Positions 14,732-25,463 of a stretch of 64,000 nt of DNA are shown in pieces. Below the pieces are notes generated by a model that ran no database searches, was not told the origin of the DNA, and saw nothing but the letters and a program-made list of their open reading frames with translations. The position numbers were made by a program, and so were the translations under genes. The stretch covers positions 73,735,112 to 73,799,111 of the forward strand of contig NC_068984.1 in assembly GCF_001194135.2 (NCBI RefSeq), in the 5' to 3' direction. Position 1 is the stretch's first letter; each line of letters begins with the position of its first letter. The stretch comes from Octopus bimaculoides. Taxonomy: Eukaryota.

Positions 14732-17700
14732 CTTTGTCTCCCACCACAATTTGACAGCTGGCATTGGTGTGTTTATATCCCTGTAAGTTAGTGGTTCAGC
14801 AAAAAGAGACTAATAGAATAAGTACCAGGCTTTAAAAACAAAATAAATAAGTACTAGGATTTATAGTGCCCCAGCATGGCCACAGTCTAATGACTGAAAC
14901 AGATAGATGTGTCATTAAAGGAAACACTGTGCTGTTGCTAGACCAGTTCAAAATAGTAGCCAAATCAGATTGTACCATTACTTTTTTAAATGGAAGAAAG
15001 TGTAACTGAATAATGTAGTCTAATATCTTCAAAAAAAAAAAAAAATGACATGTATACATACATGAACCACATGGTTCTGAGTTCAGTCCCACTGCACAGC
15101 ACTTTGGGAAATTGTGTTCTACTATAGCCATGGGCTGACCAAAGCCTTGTGAGCAGATTTGGTAGAGGGAAACTGAAAAGAAGCTCATCATATNNNNNNN
15201 NNNNNNNNNNNNNNNNNNNNNNNNNNNNNNNNNNNNNNNNNNNNNNNNNNNNNNNNNNNNNNNNNNNNNNNNNNNNNNNNNNATAAATTTATGTGTGTCT
15301 TTGAGTCTGTGTTTGTCCCCTGCCATCATTTGGCGAATGGTGTAGGTTTGTTTACATCCCCATAACTTACCAATTTGGCAAAAGAGGCCGATAGAATAAA
15401 TACTAGGCTTAAAATATATATGTATAAATACTGAGATCGATTCATTTGAATGAAATGTCTTCCAAGCATGACCGCAGTTTGCAACAAGTAAAAAAAAAAA
15501 ATATATATATATACAGCCATCATCAAAATATCTTCAAACATAGATCTGACAGTGCAGGGATGACCAAAGAATGGGGTCGAAATAATGCCTTTTAGTTAGG
15601 AACTACTTAAATAATTGTTTTATTTTCTATCATTCCAGAGTTCCAAAAGAGTTCCAAGTACAGATGACTTCTGACAGTGACCCTGAAATTGTAGTGACCC
15701 CTAAATTTGGTGTACTTCCTGTTGTTGGTGAGCGTGGGGTTGAATTAAATGTTTTGTTTACACCAATTGCCTATGGCCAAGAAAACTTTGCCACCTTAAT
15801 GGTTCAGGTAAACTAATGAGTGTCAAAAATTTTATTCTCATTGATTGTAGTTGAAGGCATATATACATGCATGCATACATGCATACATACATTCATACAT
15901 ACATACATACTTGCGTTCATATGCAGATATATACTTGCAGTAATACATGCATACACACATGTACATACATACATACATACTAACATTCGTTCACAGATAC
16001 ATACTTGCATTCATACATGCATACACTGATGTACATAAATACATACATATGTACATGTGTACATACATACATGCATTCATTCATACATACATGCATTCAT
16101 GCATTATTTTATGCATAAATTCATTCATGCATACATGCTTAAACTTATGCATACATACATATACATGCATGCATGTATATGTATATATTCAACACTTCTT
16201 GTATCAACACACATTTTATTTAAACATGAATAGCGCACAAATACAGGGTGTTCAAAAAGTCTCTCTGCAGTGATTTTTTTTTCATCCTATGCATCACCAT
16301 GATGCTACTTCAAGAAATTTTTCGTGAATGTATTATTTCAAAGGGACTTTGGCCACCATAATCCCCTGATTTAACACCACTAGACTTTCTTTCCTGGGGA
16401 AAAAGTAAAGAATCAGTGTTCAAGAATCGCCCCAAAACCATTAAATACATACTGCGGAGAGACTTTTTGAACACCCTATAGAACTCTTCAAGAATGCTCA
16501 AAATTATAGGTCTTATTTTCACTTAATTTCTCTTATGGTAACAACTCTTCAGAACCAGAAAATAATTCCAACATTCAATAATGACTGACACCTTACAGTG
16601 CTCTGGTGAAACCCAAAATGGAGTACTGCTTCCACATCTGGGATAGTACTAGTGTTTTCACACAGTCATCCTAACCCACATCTAGAGTAACATCATTGTA
16701 CTGATTAGTATGAAGTTACTCTCAGATACACTCCAGCATATGTCTCACGGCTGTGCTGTCTTTTCTTTCTGACCTTTTTAACACTATTATAAAGGCCTCT
16801 ATGCCTTGGAGCTGGCTGGTTTCATGCCATTTCCATTTTGGCACTCTCGATTCACTCTGCTCTCTCCTCTCATCAACCATGTTTTTCTAGTCCCCAGACC
16901 TAGTGCTTCCACCATTGAGCTTTGGCGTTTGGGATTTCCTTCCATTTTACCTGCAAGCATTGATACAGTTTAAGCATAACTTTAATAGCGTCAATTTCAT
17001 CAGTCTCCAACGGCCTGTCAATGCTGCATTACATGTTCTTCCAGACCAAGCACATGAGTAAACGATGTGAACTTTTTGTGGCATCTCTACACATGGTCAT
17101 TGATATAACTCCACTGCCACACTGTTGAATATTGAATATCGATGAGTATTTTAAAGGCACCAGAAGTTTTTGATTTCTTTTTATCTTTTTTGCCAGGAGG
17201 CAAATACTTAGGAGGTTGTTAAGCTTTTGTTCATGTGTGTGTGTGTGTTTGTATGTCTACATACTCACATATATAAGTTGCTAGCAAGGACACAGTGTTT
17301 TGTTTTGCAACCATGATATACTATCATGTATAGTAAAGGTTTATAAGTCAGTGTTGTGCTTTACCTTTATGTTAATGGTGCAATGTTTCTGACTCTGACA
17401 GAGTTTCTGTAGAATTCAGAGCCAGCTGGAAAATCTGTAGAGATAAACTTAAAAATGAGCACTTATNNNNNNNNNNNNNNNNNNNNNNNNNNNNNNNNNN
17501 NNNNNNNNNNNNNNNNNNNNNNNNNNNNNNNNNNNNNNNNNNNNNNNNNNNNNNNNNNNNNNNNNNNNNNNNNNNNNNNNNNNNNNNNNNNNNNNNNNNN
17601 NNNNNNNNNNNNNNNNNNNNNNNNNNNNNNNNNNNNNNNNNNNNNNNNNNNNNNNNNNNNNNNNNNNNNNNNNNNNNNNNNNNNNNNNNNNNNNNNNNNN

Positions 17701-19306
17701 NNNNNNNNNNNNNNNNNNNNNNNNNNNNNNNNNNNNNNNNNNNNNNNNNNNNNNNNNNNNNNNNNNNNNNNNNNNNNNNNNNNNNNNNNNNNNNNAAGGT
17801 ATGGACTCGTACACAGTTTCAATTGTTTCCAAAGGAATTTTTGTCCATTCTTCAGCTAAAACAATCTCCAGGTCTTGTAGTGATGATGGTGGAGGATATC
17901 GACTCCTTACGTGTTTTTCTAAAATGCATCATAAATGTTCAATAATATTGAGATCTGGGGACTGTAGTGGCCAGAAAAGATATTCATCTTCACTAGAATG
18001 TTTCTTGTGCCATTCAGTAACAACTTTAGCTGTGTGAATTGGTGCATTATCATCCTGAAAGATTGTATTTCCCTCCGGAAACAGTTCCACAACCATAGGA
18101 TGAATTTGATCAGATAAAATGCTTAAATAGTCTTGACTATTAATTCTGCCATGAAGGGAAACCACTGGGCCGGCGAATAGCCCCCAGATCATCACAGATC
18201 CTCCTCTATGTTTAACAGTTGAAAGAAGGCAATCTGGGTCAAATGCTTCTTTTGGCTGTCTCCACACGTATACTCAGTCAGTGGTCAGAAATAAGGTAAA
18301 GAATGACTCGTCCGAGAAAATAATATTCTTCTACTGCTCTAGGGACCACTCCCATAGGTTTTTACTCCACTCTAAATGCTTTGCAATATTTGTTTTTGAA
18401 AGTAGTTGTCTGATTGCAGCCCTCCCATGAAATCTGGCTTTATGCAGCTCCTGGCAAACTGGGTTGTCGAGGTGGTCATTAAGCTCTGCAGTAATTTTAG
18501 GAACTGTACTTTTGTGATTCTTTTGAACAATTTGCGTAAGAATCTGACGGTCTCTGTCTGAAAGTTTTGGTTTTCTTCTGGAGTTTTGTTTTGACAAGGA
18601 AGTTTTCCCTCTTTCCCAAAGGCTGTCAATACTTTCGAGACAGTACTTCTTGATACACCAAACATTTTGGCTGTTTTTGTTACACTAGCACCTGCCATAC
18701 AAGCACCAACAATTTGACCTCTTTGAAAGTCTGATAGATCTGTCATTTTAATGAATTTTAATTACCTTTTTCTGATGATATCTGAAAAGAAGCAGCAATT
18801 TTAGTAAAACCTATTAAGCAACACTAATAATAAATCAAAAAACATAAAAATAAACAGACTTTTGATGGTTTTATAGATATTTCAAAATTATGATGCTATG
18901 ATGCTAGGTGTTTCCATTATTTTGTCCAACACCTGTATATATATTTATCATGATAATATATGTATCATCACCATTATCAACATCATTTTAATATCCACTT
19001 TTCAATGCTTACATAGATCAATCATTGTTTACACAAAACACATAAATCTGTAAATTACTATCTGTTTGTTTACAATTCCAGACGGATTCAATGCAGTGGA
19101 CCTATGACATCTGGGCTTACCTAGCAAAATACGAACCCCCAAGGGGAAAATCAAAGCCACCTATTGCAAGACCTCATCCCATGCCACAGTTAAGAGGTCC
19201 TTTCAGAGATTTTGTACTTGAGAACTGTCAGCTCACTCGAACTGCCGTGTCATCTCCTATGAAAGGGGCTCCTATTATTAGACATCAACGGAGATCTCTG
19301 TATTGA
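1321..19306 (+). CDS. CFAP47: Cilia- and flagella-associated protein 47, 3' part (7 exons; 5' part lies outside the window)
   Basis: join(1321..1477,5743..5932,7266..7498,9950..10118,12969..13130,15639..15807,19082..19306) = 1305 nt. All introns are GT-AG, phases 1,2,1,2,2,0 match, and there is no internal stop. The product has CFAP47 C-terminal motifs recognised from memory: FHNPLNE, INWTFPIIGIPE, GCVWRFPLTFIADNPVIDDTIVI, DSDPEIVVTPKFGVLP, MQWTYDI, RDFVLENCQLTRTAVSSPMKGAP. Confidence 0.9.
2080..2240 (+). mobile_element. SINE family A, CpG-decayed copy
   Basis: A-box-like ctgacagaatc, B-box-like gcgttcaaattcc, then gaggtcaactttgcctttcatcc. Confidence 0.7.
2695..2882 (-). mobile_element. SINE family A copy
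   Basis: Reverse complement of the family body (aaggcagaggtgaccatggcaggatttgaactc). Confidence 0.65.
3790..4062 (-). mobile_element. RTE-type LINE 3' UTR fragment with (ATG)n tail
   Basis: catcatcatcgtttaacgtctgctttccatgctagcatgggttggacg...ggatgcccttcctaatgccaacc, a typical RTE 3' end read on the minus strand. Confidence 0.55.
4142..4362 (+). mobile_element. SINE family A, near full length
   Basis: ggcagcgagctggcagaatcattagc head, gagttcaaattcc B box, tail gtgacaaaaatttgaaa. Confidence 0.8.
4405..4690 (-). mobile_element. SINE family B, 3' half
   Basis: tatttcagtcatcagactgtaaccatgctagggcaccacc...agcctggtacttattttattgg matches the tails of other B copies. Confidence 0.6.
4785..4975 (+). mobile_element. 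SINE family A, CpG-decayed copy
   Basis: gtgttcaaattctgctaagattgactttgcttttcatc... Confidence 0.65.
5028..5562 (-). mobile_element. ~550-bp non-coding element in (TAA)n, copy 2 (inverted relative to copy 1)
   Basis: Reverse complement of 319..872, with (TTA)n arrays on both sides. Confidence 0.8.
5743..5932 (+). CDS. CFAP47: CFAP47 internal exon (DDKCSLTAQSVFNIDLIKKTSILLGPFQTLGIPIIFSPITRTTYRSVCVVSINRSKEEKWHFK)
   Basis: Acceptor ttggaag at 5742 (weak tract); donor AG|gtaatc at 5933; 190 nt; phase fits both neighbours; the IPIIFSP motif fits the CFAP47 Ig-like repeats. Confidence 0.85.
6110..6320 (-). mobile_element. SINE family C (tRNA head plus CORE-like segment), decayed
   Basis: ttgctcaaggacacagtgcacc...gaattgaaatcgcgatttcatgatcataagtgcaacaccttaacc, homologous to 12303..12625. 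Confidence 0.55.
6380..6775 (-). mobile_element. RTE-type LINE 3' fragment (RT C-terminus plus UTR)
   Basis: Minus frame VQQSVNALRIKLGIRGIRCGVQERQLCWFGHLMHMDGDSCVNKS*SLTMEGT*GRG matches the RTE WxGHxxRM motif. Confidence 0.75.
7266..7498 (+). CDS. CFAP47: CFAP47 internal exon (SLSLSTINWTFPIIGIPEYQ...EEFPEFASDYE)
   Basis: Acceptor gactttgaag at 7265; donor G|gtaggt at 7499; 233 nt; overlaps ORF 7273..7632. Confidence 0.88.
7598..8045 (-). mobile_element. SINE family B (tRNA head, CORE-like segment, internal (TA)/(TG) microsatellite), full length
   Basis: Head ggcatggctgtatggtaaaaagcttgcttcccagccacatggttctgggttcagtccc; tail ccagcatggctgcaatcaaaactgactgaaacaag. Confidence 0.8.
8429..8645 (+). 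mobile_element. piggyBac-type MITE
   Basis: Ends CCCTTTAGC...GCTAAAGGG; flanks CTAA/TTAA (TTAA TSD); homologous to 11756..11976. Confidence 0.8.
9950..10118 (+). CDS. CFAP47: CFAP47 internal exon (GELPDISFHLEFLDNQARVALVNIVSLQLLKTFTKHDNPDHVVLIFSVHFSPMKNI)
   Basis: Acceptor ttctctttttag at 9949; donor AA|gtaagt at 10119; 169 nt. Confidence 0.88.
11756..11976 (-). mobile_element. piggyBac-type MITE, second copy, opposite orientation
   Basis: CCCTTTAGCATT...AATGCTAAAGGG; flanks TTGA/TTAA. Confidence 0.8.
12303..12625 (-). mobile_element. SINE family C, near full length
   Basis: Minus strand: A-box-like tcaatggctagagtg, B box gttcgaatccc, then gtgttcttgagcaagacattttatttcacgttgctccagttcactcagctgtagaaatgag, which resembles the CORE domain. 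Confidence 0.75.
12969..13130 (+). CDS. CFAP47: CFAP47 internal exon (KNVTHLAITKKNGCVWRFPLTFIADNPVIDDTIVIKSLKLKEKSVARFYLHSNE)
   Basis: Acceptor ttttgaacag at 12968; donor AA|gtaagt at 13131; 162 nt; conserved WRFP motif. Confidence 0.9.
13653..14025 (+). mobile_element. Helentron-associated / DINE-1-like non-autonomous element
   Basis: 5' ttattacctctgcc, (TTTG)n, aactgctggatggattcaaatgaaacttt; subterminal inverted repeat ggtggaggt; 3' hairpin gtgttctctgagtgc, then tcttgtt. Confidence 0.6.
14493..14915 (+). mobile_element. SINE family B, full length
   Basis: gcatggctgtgaggtaagaagcttgcttcctaaccacatagttccaggttcagtcc...ccagcatggccacagtctaatgactgaaac. Confidence 0.8.
15060..15490 (+). mobile_element. 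SINE family B, 5'-truncated, with an N gap
   Basis: aaccacatggttctgagttcagtcccactgc...ccaagcatgaccgcag. Confidence 0.7.
15639..15807 (+). CDS. CFAP47: CFAP47 internal exon (KVPKEFQVQMTSDSDPEIVVTPKFGVLPVVGERGVELNVLFTPIAYGQENFATLMVQ)
   Basis: Acceptor tcattccag at 15638; donor CAG|gtaaac at 15808; 169 nt. Confidence 0.9.
16244..16478. mobile_element. 235-bp internally deleted mariner-like element (MITE)
   Basis: 28-bp TIRs CAGGGTGTTCAAAAAGTCTCTCTGCAGT / ACTGCGGAGAGACTTTTTGAACACCCTA (2 mismatches); TA on both sides; internal + frame IISKGLWPP*SPDLTPLDFLSWGKSKESVFKNRPKTI. Confidence 0.85.
16594..17010 (+). mobile_element. CR1/L2-group LINE RT C-terminal relic
   Basis: YSALVKPKMEYCFHIWDS...LQHMSHGCAVFSF..HYYKG resembles the LYKAxVRPxLEYCxxVW region. 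Confidence 0.6.
17796..18935 (-). mobile_element. Tc1-like transposon with decayed DD36E transposase (left end lost in the N gap)
   Basis: ATG at 18746: MTDLSDFQRGQIVG...; IFSDES (D at 18312..18310), FQDDNAPIHT (D at 18051..18049), SPDLNIIE (E at 17940..17938). One frameshift near 18595 and 3 in-frame stops. End reads TA-CAGGTGTTGGACAAAATAATGGAAACACC at 18937..18907. Confidence 0.92.
19082..19306 (+). CDS. CFAP47: CFAP47 terminal coding exon (TDSMQWTYDIWAY...TAVSSPMKGAPIIRHQRRSLY*)
   Basis: Acceptor tacaattccag at 19081; phase 0; stop TGA at 19304..19306; contains ORF 19091..19306. Confidence 0.92.
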   Translation, partial: TDSMQWTYDIWAYLAKYEPPRGKSKPPIARPHPMPQLRGPFRDFVLENCQLTRTAVSSPMKGAPIIRHQRRSLY

Positions 19307-19348
19307 TTACATATTTCATCTCTACTTGGCTTATTTTGATGCTCCTTA

Positions 19349-19354
19349 AATAAA
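19349..19354 (+). promoter_or_regulatory. Candidate CFAP47 polyadenylation signal AATAAA
   Basis: First AATAAA after the stop (43 nt downstream), followed by T-rich sequence. Confidence 0.4.
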
Positions 19355-19524
19355 TAGTTTTTGCAAAATTTGAACCTTTCTTTTCTTGTTCATTTTCATT
19401 TTTTTTATATTATAAAGTTGTGTGAACCCTAACATGCCAGAATCATTAGTGTTTAGGAATAAATGCTTAGCAGTATTGTTCTAAGTTCAAATTTTTCCAA
19501 GGTCAACTTTACCAGTCTCTATCG

Positions 19525-19572
<48 letters not shown>

Positions 19573-20784
19573 ATATTTCAGGATGGTCATTTAAAAAAAA
19601 AAAATTTATTGCTAGATAGACACATGCATTATTTATTCATTCTTCACTCATTTATTATTGTTCTTATTTTTTATCTCATGTCCATTGTGACCTTTTTAGC
19701 GACTCTTCCATCCTACATGTCTCCTCCTGTTCTAGTTAGTCAATTCTGTCAATTTCGGTGTGTATATACACATATCCTTTCTGGGTCAATAAAATAAAGT
19801 ACCAGTCATGTACTGAAATCGATGTAATTGACTTTCCCTCCTACCACTAAAATTGCTGACTGTGTCAAAATTTGGAAGAATTATTAAGGCACACGGCCCT
19901 GTAGTAGGTTCCTTTCTTCAACCAGGTGCACATAGTGTGTCATTGGGGGTAAGCAACTTCATTTTATATTGCTCCAGTCTACTGAGCTGAAAAGGAATAC
20001 TACTTGTGTGCTAATGAAGCCTTTTTCACCTCTAAATGTCACATTGTATTCTCAATGCTCTGCTGGATCAAGGGTAGGAGAACCAAGAGGATGTATATAT
20101 CTACTTGAGACGATATATGCTCCTACAGAAATAAATGAAAACATAGTATTTGTTACCTAATTATACTTGCTTGTGCATAGTATTTATACTCATGAGGGAT
20201 AGATGGCATGGGAAATGCAAATCAGAGTGGCTAATAAACTCCAACCCAGGCTCAGTATACTAGAACAAGTCTAATAGCAGACAACTAGGGTAAAGGGGAG
20301 TTGAAAAGAACATTTGGCAGAGAATTCAAGAGACTGAAAATTAACCCATTGTAAATGGTAGAAGTCCAAAACTAAAAGCTTTTTACGATAATTATGTTCA
20401 TTTACATTGTAAACTAAGATTGTGTATGATTGAATCTTTAAATTAGGTATACAGTCAAGTATACAATTTCCATTTTGCAGCATTCTCTTGTTGTCTGGCA
20501 ATGACCAAGTCCCAAGGTTGCTGAACTGAAATGGTCCATCCTGTTATAGTTTTATTTCATTTTCTTTTTCCTTATCATTCAGTCAGGAAGGAAAGAGCAG
20601 CATCCATGACCACTGTTTTTTACAGATCCTCCCAGATTGGATAAAAAAAGAAAAATTATTGTTAAACCAGAGGCCTGTTCCAAACACTTGCAGCAGAGTG
20701 AACTAGCTAAAAGTATTCAAGGTGTGACAATATTAAATCCAGTGACAGATTAAGTCTCAACCTTCTAAGAATGCAGAAAGAATG

Positions 20785-21305
20785 AAAATTAGGGAGACCA
20801 AACAGCATCTCACATGATGATATAACAATTCTACTAATCCCACTGCTCTGGGTTAGTACTTATTTTATCAACCCCCAAAAAGGTTAAAGGTAAAGTTGAC
20901 TTTAGTGGGATGTGAACTTATAGAACAGAAGTTCAGAACAAATACCACAAATTATTTTGATTTGGTCCCAAGCACATGATTCTGCCAATTCATCGCATTG
21001 ATTCCAGTTAATTCCCCATGCATTTTTGGTTTCAGAATCAGGTAGGCTTTTTTTACAACCTTCCATCACCCTCATCAATGCTTGAAAGATGAAAGGTTTC
21101 TTATATAAGTGCAAGGACACATATTTTAAGGGAATGCTTAGTTGGTTCTGGGGACCCCAGTACATGACCGGTAATTTATTTTATCAATTCAGGTATGATA
21201 AAACACAAGGTCCTTTGATGGGATTTGAACTTTAAATATAAAGGGATGTACCTAAGATATCACAAGGAATTTTGTCCTTTGCTCTACCGAGTCTGCCAAT
21301 CTAGC
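20785..21305 (-). mobile_element. Two tandem decayed SINE family A copies
   Basis: tacttattttatcaacccccaaaaaggttaaaggtaaagttgac... and ccccagtacatgaccggtaatttattttatcaattc...gggatttgaact. Confidence 0.55.
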
Positions 21306-22648
21306 AGGCTTGTTTGATTTCTGGTCAATTCTGATCAAACAAACCTATGTATGAGTAACGGCATTCCAATTGTGACCACCTCCTTTTCCTATGTACAAGG
21401 AATCCAAGAGTACATCCTCCAAGATGTTAGTTTTTAATATAGTACAATGTGAGTTAAGGAAATCTGTCTGTTATGCCGAACAAGTCAAGTAACATATAAC
21501 TGCTGAATGCTTCACTTGTTTATAGTGGTCAGTCCAAATTCAAGTCATACCAAAAGTCATTAGCTACAGATATTTGTGTCTTTTCAGTTTTTTTTCTTCT
21601 TTTCTTTTTTGGAGCGAGGATAGGATTTAGTATGATGCGGAGCAGAAACTCCAATGAACATTTTTCAGAGATTTTCTACAGATATAGAAATTAGTGCCTC
21701 AAAAATGAAGATAACCTTAAACTAGACTTGGTCTAAATTCCTATGATAAAGTGAACTCTAGGCAACCGGGATGGGGGGAAAATGTGGTTTTAAATTGAGT
21801 GACCAATCAAGTTACCTTTTAACTAATTTCACAAGGTATAAGTTGCCCACAGGCTGTAGGCACTTCCATGAGATGGTACACTGTGAGGTTGGCTTTGGAA
21901 AGGCATCAATGAGAAGTGAAATCCTAAATAAAATGATCATGCTTATGCTCTTCTACATTGAGTCATGGAACTTGAAAATAAACCCAAACCAAGTCGAGAA
22001 GGGAGTTTTATTTTCAAGAGGAATATCTACACTGAGCAATGCAAAGAAGTTGAAAGTGAAAAGCACTAAACTAAAGGGTTTGCTGTTCAGTTTTGTCACT
22101 GTCAATGGTTTACACTGAAAATCTTAACCATTGTTAATTATTGCACGTGTATAGATTCCAGCAAGTGTAAAAGTTGGTGACGTTAGTTAGTGGAGGTGGG
22201 AGATGTTGGCATGTGTGTAATTGTTATGAAAGCGTGCATGTGAGAGCGTGTGCTAGTGTGTGGGAATAAACACATTAATGAAAATCATATAATGGCAATA
22301 GCAAGGTGGGAAATTGTAATGTGTGCGCAAGCGTTTATACAAAAGCAAGTAGGAGATGAAAAGTGTTATTTTCAGATATGCAGCGACAAAACAAAGGAGG
22401 GAGTTTTAAGCCAAAATATGAATATTAATAAAAATTATGAAGGTCGAATTCGTAATGAGACGAAAAATTCAAGAAAATCAGAAAGCTTTCATTAAATTAG
22501 CAAAATCTCTAGAGAAATTGATCGTCCACAAGTTCATAAAAAGTGTCCGGTGTGATGATACAATCCAAGAAGATGAAGTAGCGTAGATTAAAAAGAGTAT
22601 GTACGTATATGTATGTACGTACGTATATATATATATTATATATATGTA

Positions 22649-22696
<48 letters not shown>

Positions 22697-23100
22697 GTAT
22701 GTACGTATGTATGTACGTATATCAGCCCTTACCGTTTGTTTTAACTGTCCTGTTTTTGTTATCACTTTAACCCTCCGCGAATCCCANNNNNNNNNNNNNN
22801 NNNNNNNNNNNNNNNNNNNNNNNNNNNNNNNNNNNNNNNNNNNNNNNNNNNNNNNNNNNNNNNNNNNNNNNNNNNNNNNNNNNNNNNNNNNNNNNNNNNN
22901 NNNNNNNNNNNNNNNNNNNNNNNNNNNNNNNNNNNNNNNNNNNNNNNNNNNNNNNNNNNNNNNNNNNNNNNNNNNNNNNNNNNNNNNNNNNNNNNNNNNN
23001 NNNNNNNNNNNNNNNNNNNNNNNNNNNNNNNNNNNNNNNNNNNNNNNNNNNNNNNNNNNNNNNNNNNNNNNNNNNNNNNNNNNNNNNNNNNNNNNNNNNN

Positions 23101-23131
<31 letters not shown>

Positions 23132-24320
23132 CGTATCAAAGGGAATTGGAAATTGATTAAAATTTTCACCTCCAAGTGGCCTAGCGTATAAAAGTTTAGT
23201 CCAAAAACTATGAATTACTCATAAGGTACGAGGAATCCACTGGTAGGATTCCTTACGCTAGAAAGAACTGCTAGATTCTAGAACCACAAAACTAGGGATA
23301 AAATCCCGAAAAGGAACGAAATGAAAAATAAAAACTTTTACCATATCTTTCCTGGACCAAATTGGTTTCTGACTTATTTTAGCAATTTAAAATAATTTGC
23401 TAGGTGAAGTCGTTATCAACAGGTACACCCAAGACTAAAATATATAAACATGAGATAATCAATTCCATACCTCCCGTTTATACATCCTAATTTTTTCGGA
23501 TCTATTGTGCAGGCGCAGCTCCTTGCTGGCAATAAAAATATTTTATAAGCTTAAAACTTATAAGCGATCACCATGCATTGACTTAAGCTTATAAAATATT
23601 ATTATTATTCACAGAATTGTAAAATCGACAAATCATTGCATTGAAGATTGGGCCTTGACTGCATCACAGTATTTTCCAAAGCTAAGTTCGACTTATCTTA
23701 GATTTCTTATAAAAGTTTTTTTGAGGCAATTCATACGCGTCGCTGAGAAATACTTATGATGCTTTCACTCAAAAAAAAAAAAAAAAANNNNNNNNNNAAA
23801 AAAAAAAAAAAAAAATGAAGCTCGTTTCACATTTCTGAAATACATCAGATGTAAGCTGGTCATACTCAGTGCCCGCTGTAAGATCAACAAATAAAAATGT
23901 TTATTTTTTTTCTCATGCTTACTTTTCAATTCATCCATTAGCTTAAATGCTGTAATTGTGCTGAATAACTTAGCTCATGACAACAATTTTAGGTGTTTCT
24001 TTGTCTCTAAAGCTCTTCAACTGTCTTGAAGCATTCATCCGCACCTAAACTCTGGAAATAACATGTTAGGCCCCTCTTGTTAAGAGATGCCCAGAGAGAA
24101 GGATAAGAATGGGAGGGCACCAGAAAATGGCGTAACAGACTACTTATCAGCATCAATAAATTCACAAAATCTTTTCGCCCGAGAAACTGAAATTGTTTAG
24201 TTTGAAAAGAATATTTTCCATAGCAAGTTTCAGTTTCCTTGTGTCAGTTTCCGTGTTGCATTGTTCAAAACATAGACTAAAAAGATTTGCAGGAATGCTG
24301 TTTGTTACTTTTTTGTTATT

Positions 24321-24359
<39 letters not shown>

Positions 24360-24889
24360 CCCCCAGTCATTTCCTGTTTTTGCTTGCAACATTTGTGATT
24401 TCCATAGTTTACACTTGCACTGACAGCAATGTGTGCAGACTATTCAAATGCAGACCTGACGTCTCTATTTAGTGCGTTGATTTCTTACTTCTTATGATGG
24501 TTCATTGTTATTACCGTAAATGTTAAGTAACACATGTTGCACACGCTTCTCAAAATGAAAGAATCCCAGAAGTATTGAGAAACACTTTGTCGCACTTTTG
24601 TTTGAAGCATCAGATTGAAAAGGACAAACTATATACTGTACATAAAAGTATATTCAACACTTCTGTGTGACATTTACTGTCAGTGAATAAGCACGTTCAA
24701 CACTGCTGTATGACTAACAAATGCTTCGCAACATGATACACGAGAATAGATCGAATTGCAAAGGAAAATTTTGACAATGACGGCAAACCAGAGCAGTAAT
24801 ATGCTCTTTACTGCCGCTGTGAATTGATAGAATCATAAGAATGTTCCTTAGACTATTCCATGGTATTTGTTTCGAGCTTCGGTGCTCTT

Positions 24890-25075
24890 AGTTCAAATCT
24901 TCCGGATCGCAATATTCTGATCCGAGTTCAAATTCTGCTAAGATCAAGTTAATCCTTCATTTCTCTGGGTCCGGTGAAATAAAGGACTAGTCAATTAGTG
25001 AGGTCCGTTTAATCGACTGCCCCCCTCTCCACAAAAAATGTTGACCTTGTGCTTAAATCAGAAATAGGGGATTGG
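24890..25075 (+). mobile_element. SINE family A copy
   Basis: gagttcaaattctgctaagatcaag...aatcgactgccccctctcc...gaccttgtgc. Confidence 0.6.
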
Positions 25076-25463
25076 AATTGTATTTTATATGCACGATAGA
25101 ATTGTTTCGAGTTAACCCATACGAGAAGGAAGTGCAAAATTCCTCGAAAACCTACTCAAAGGCTTCCAACTTTCTCACAAATAGCGACTGGGTTTTTTGA
25201 CTATGACATTGTTAACGCAACGCAACCATAATGNNNNNNNNNNNNNNNNNNNNNNNNNNNNNNNNNNNNNNNNNNNNNNNNNNNNNNNGAGGGTGGGGAA
25301 GATCATTTCAAGATAGAGTGTTCTTCAATTTAGTGAGTAAGAATAAAGGAATATCTGAACAAAATAACGAATTCTTTCACTAAGTGACAGAGTTGGACGT
25401 TGGAACAATCATTGTTCATGCTATTTGTGGAACGAATTTAAATAAGTACCTGTTTTTCTACTT

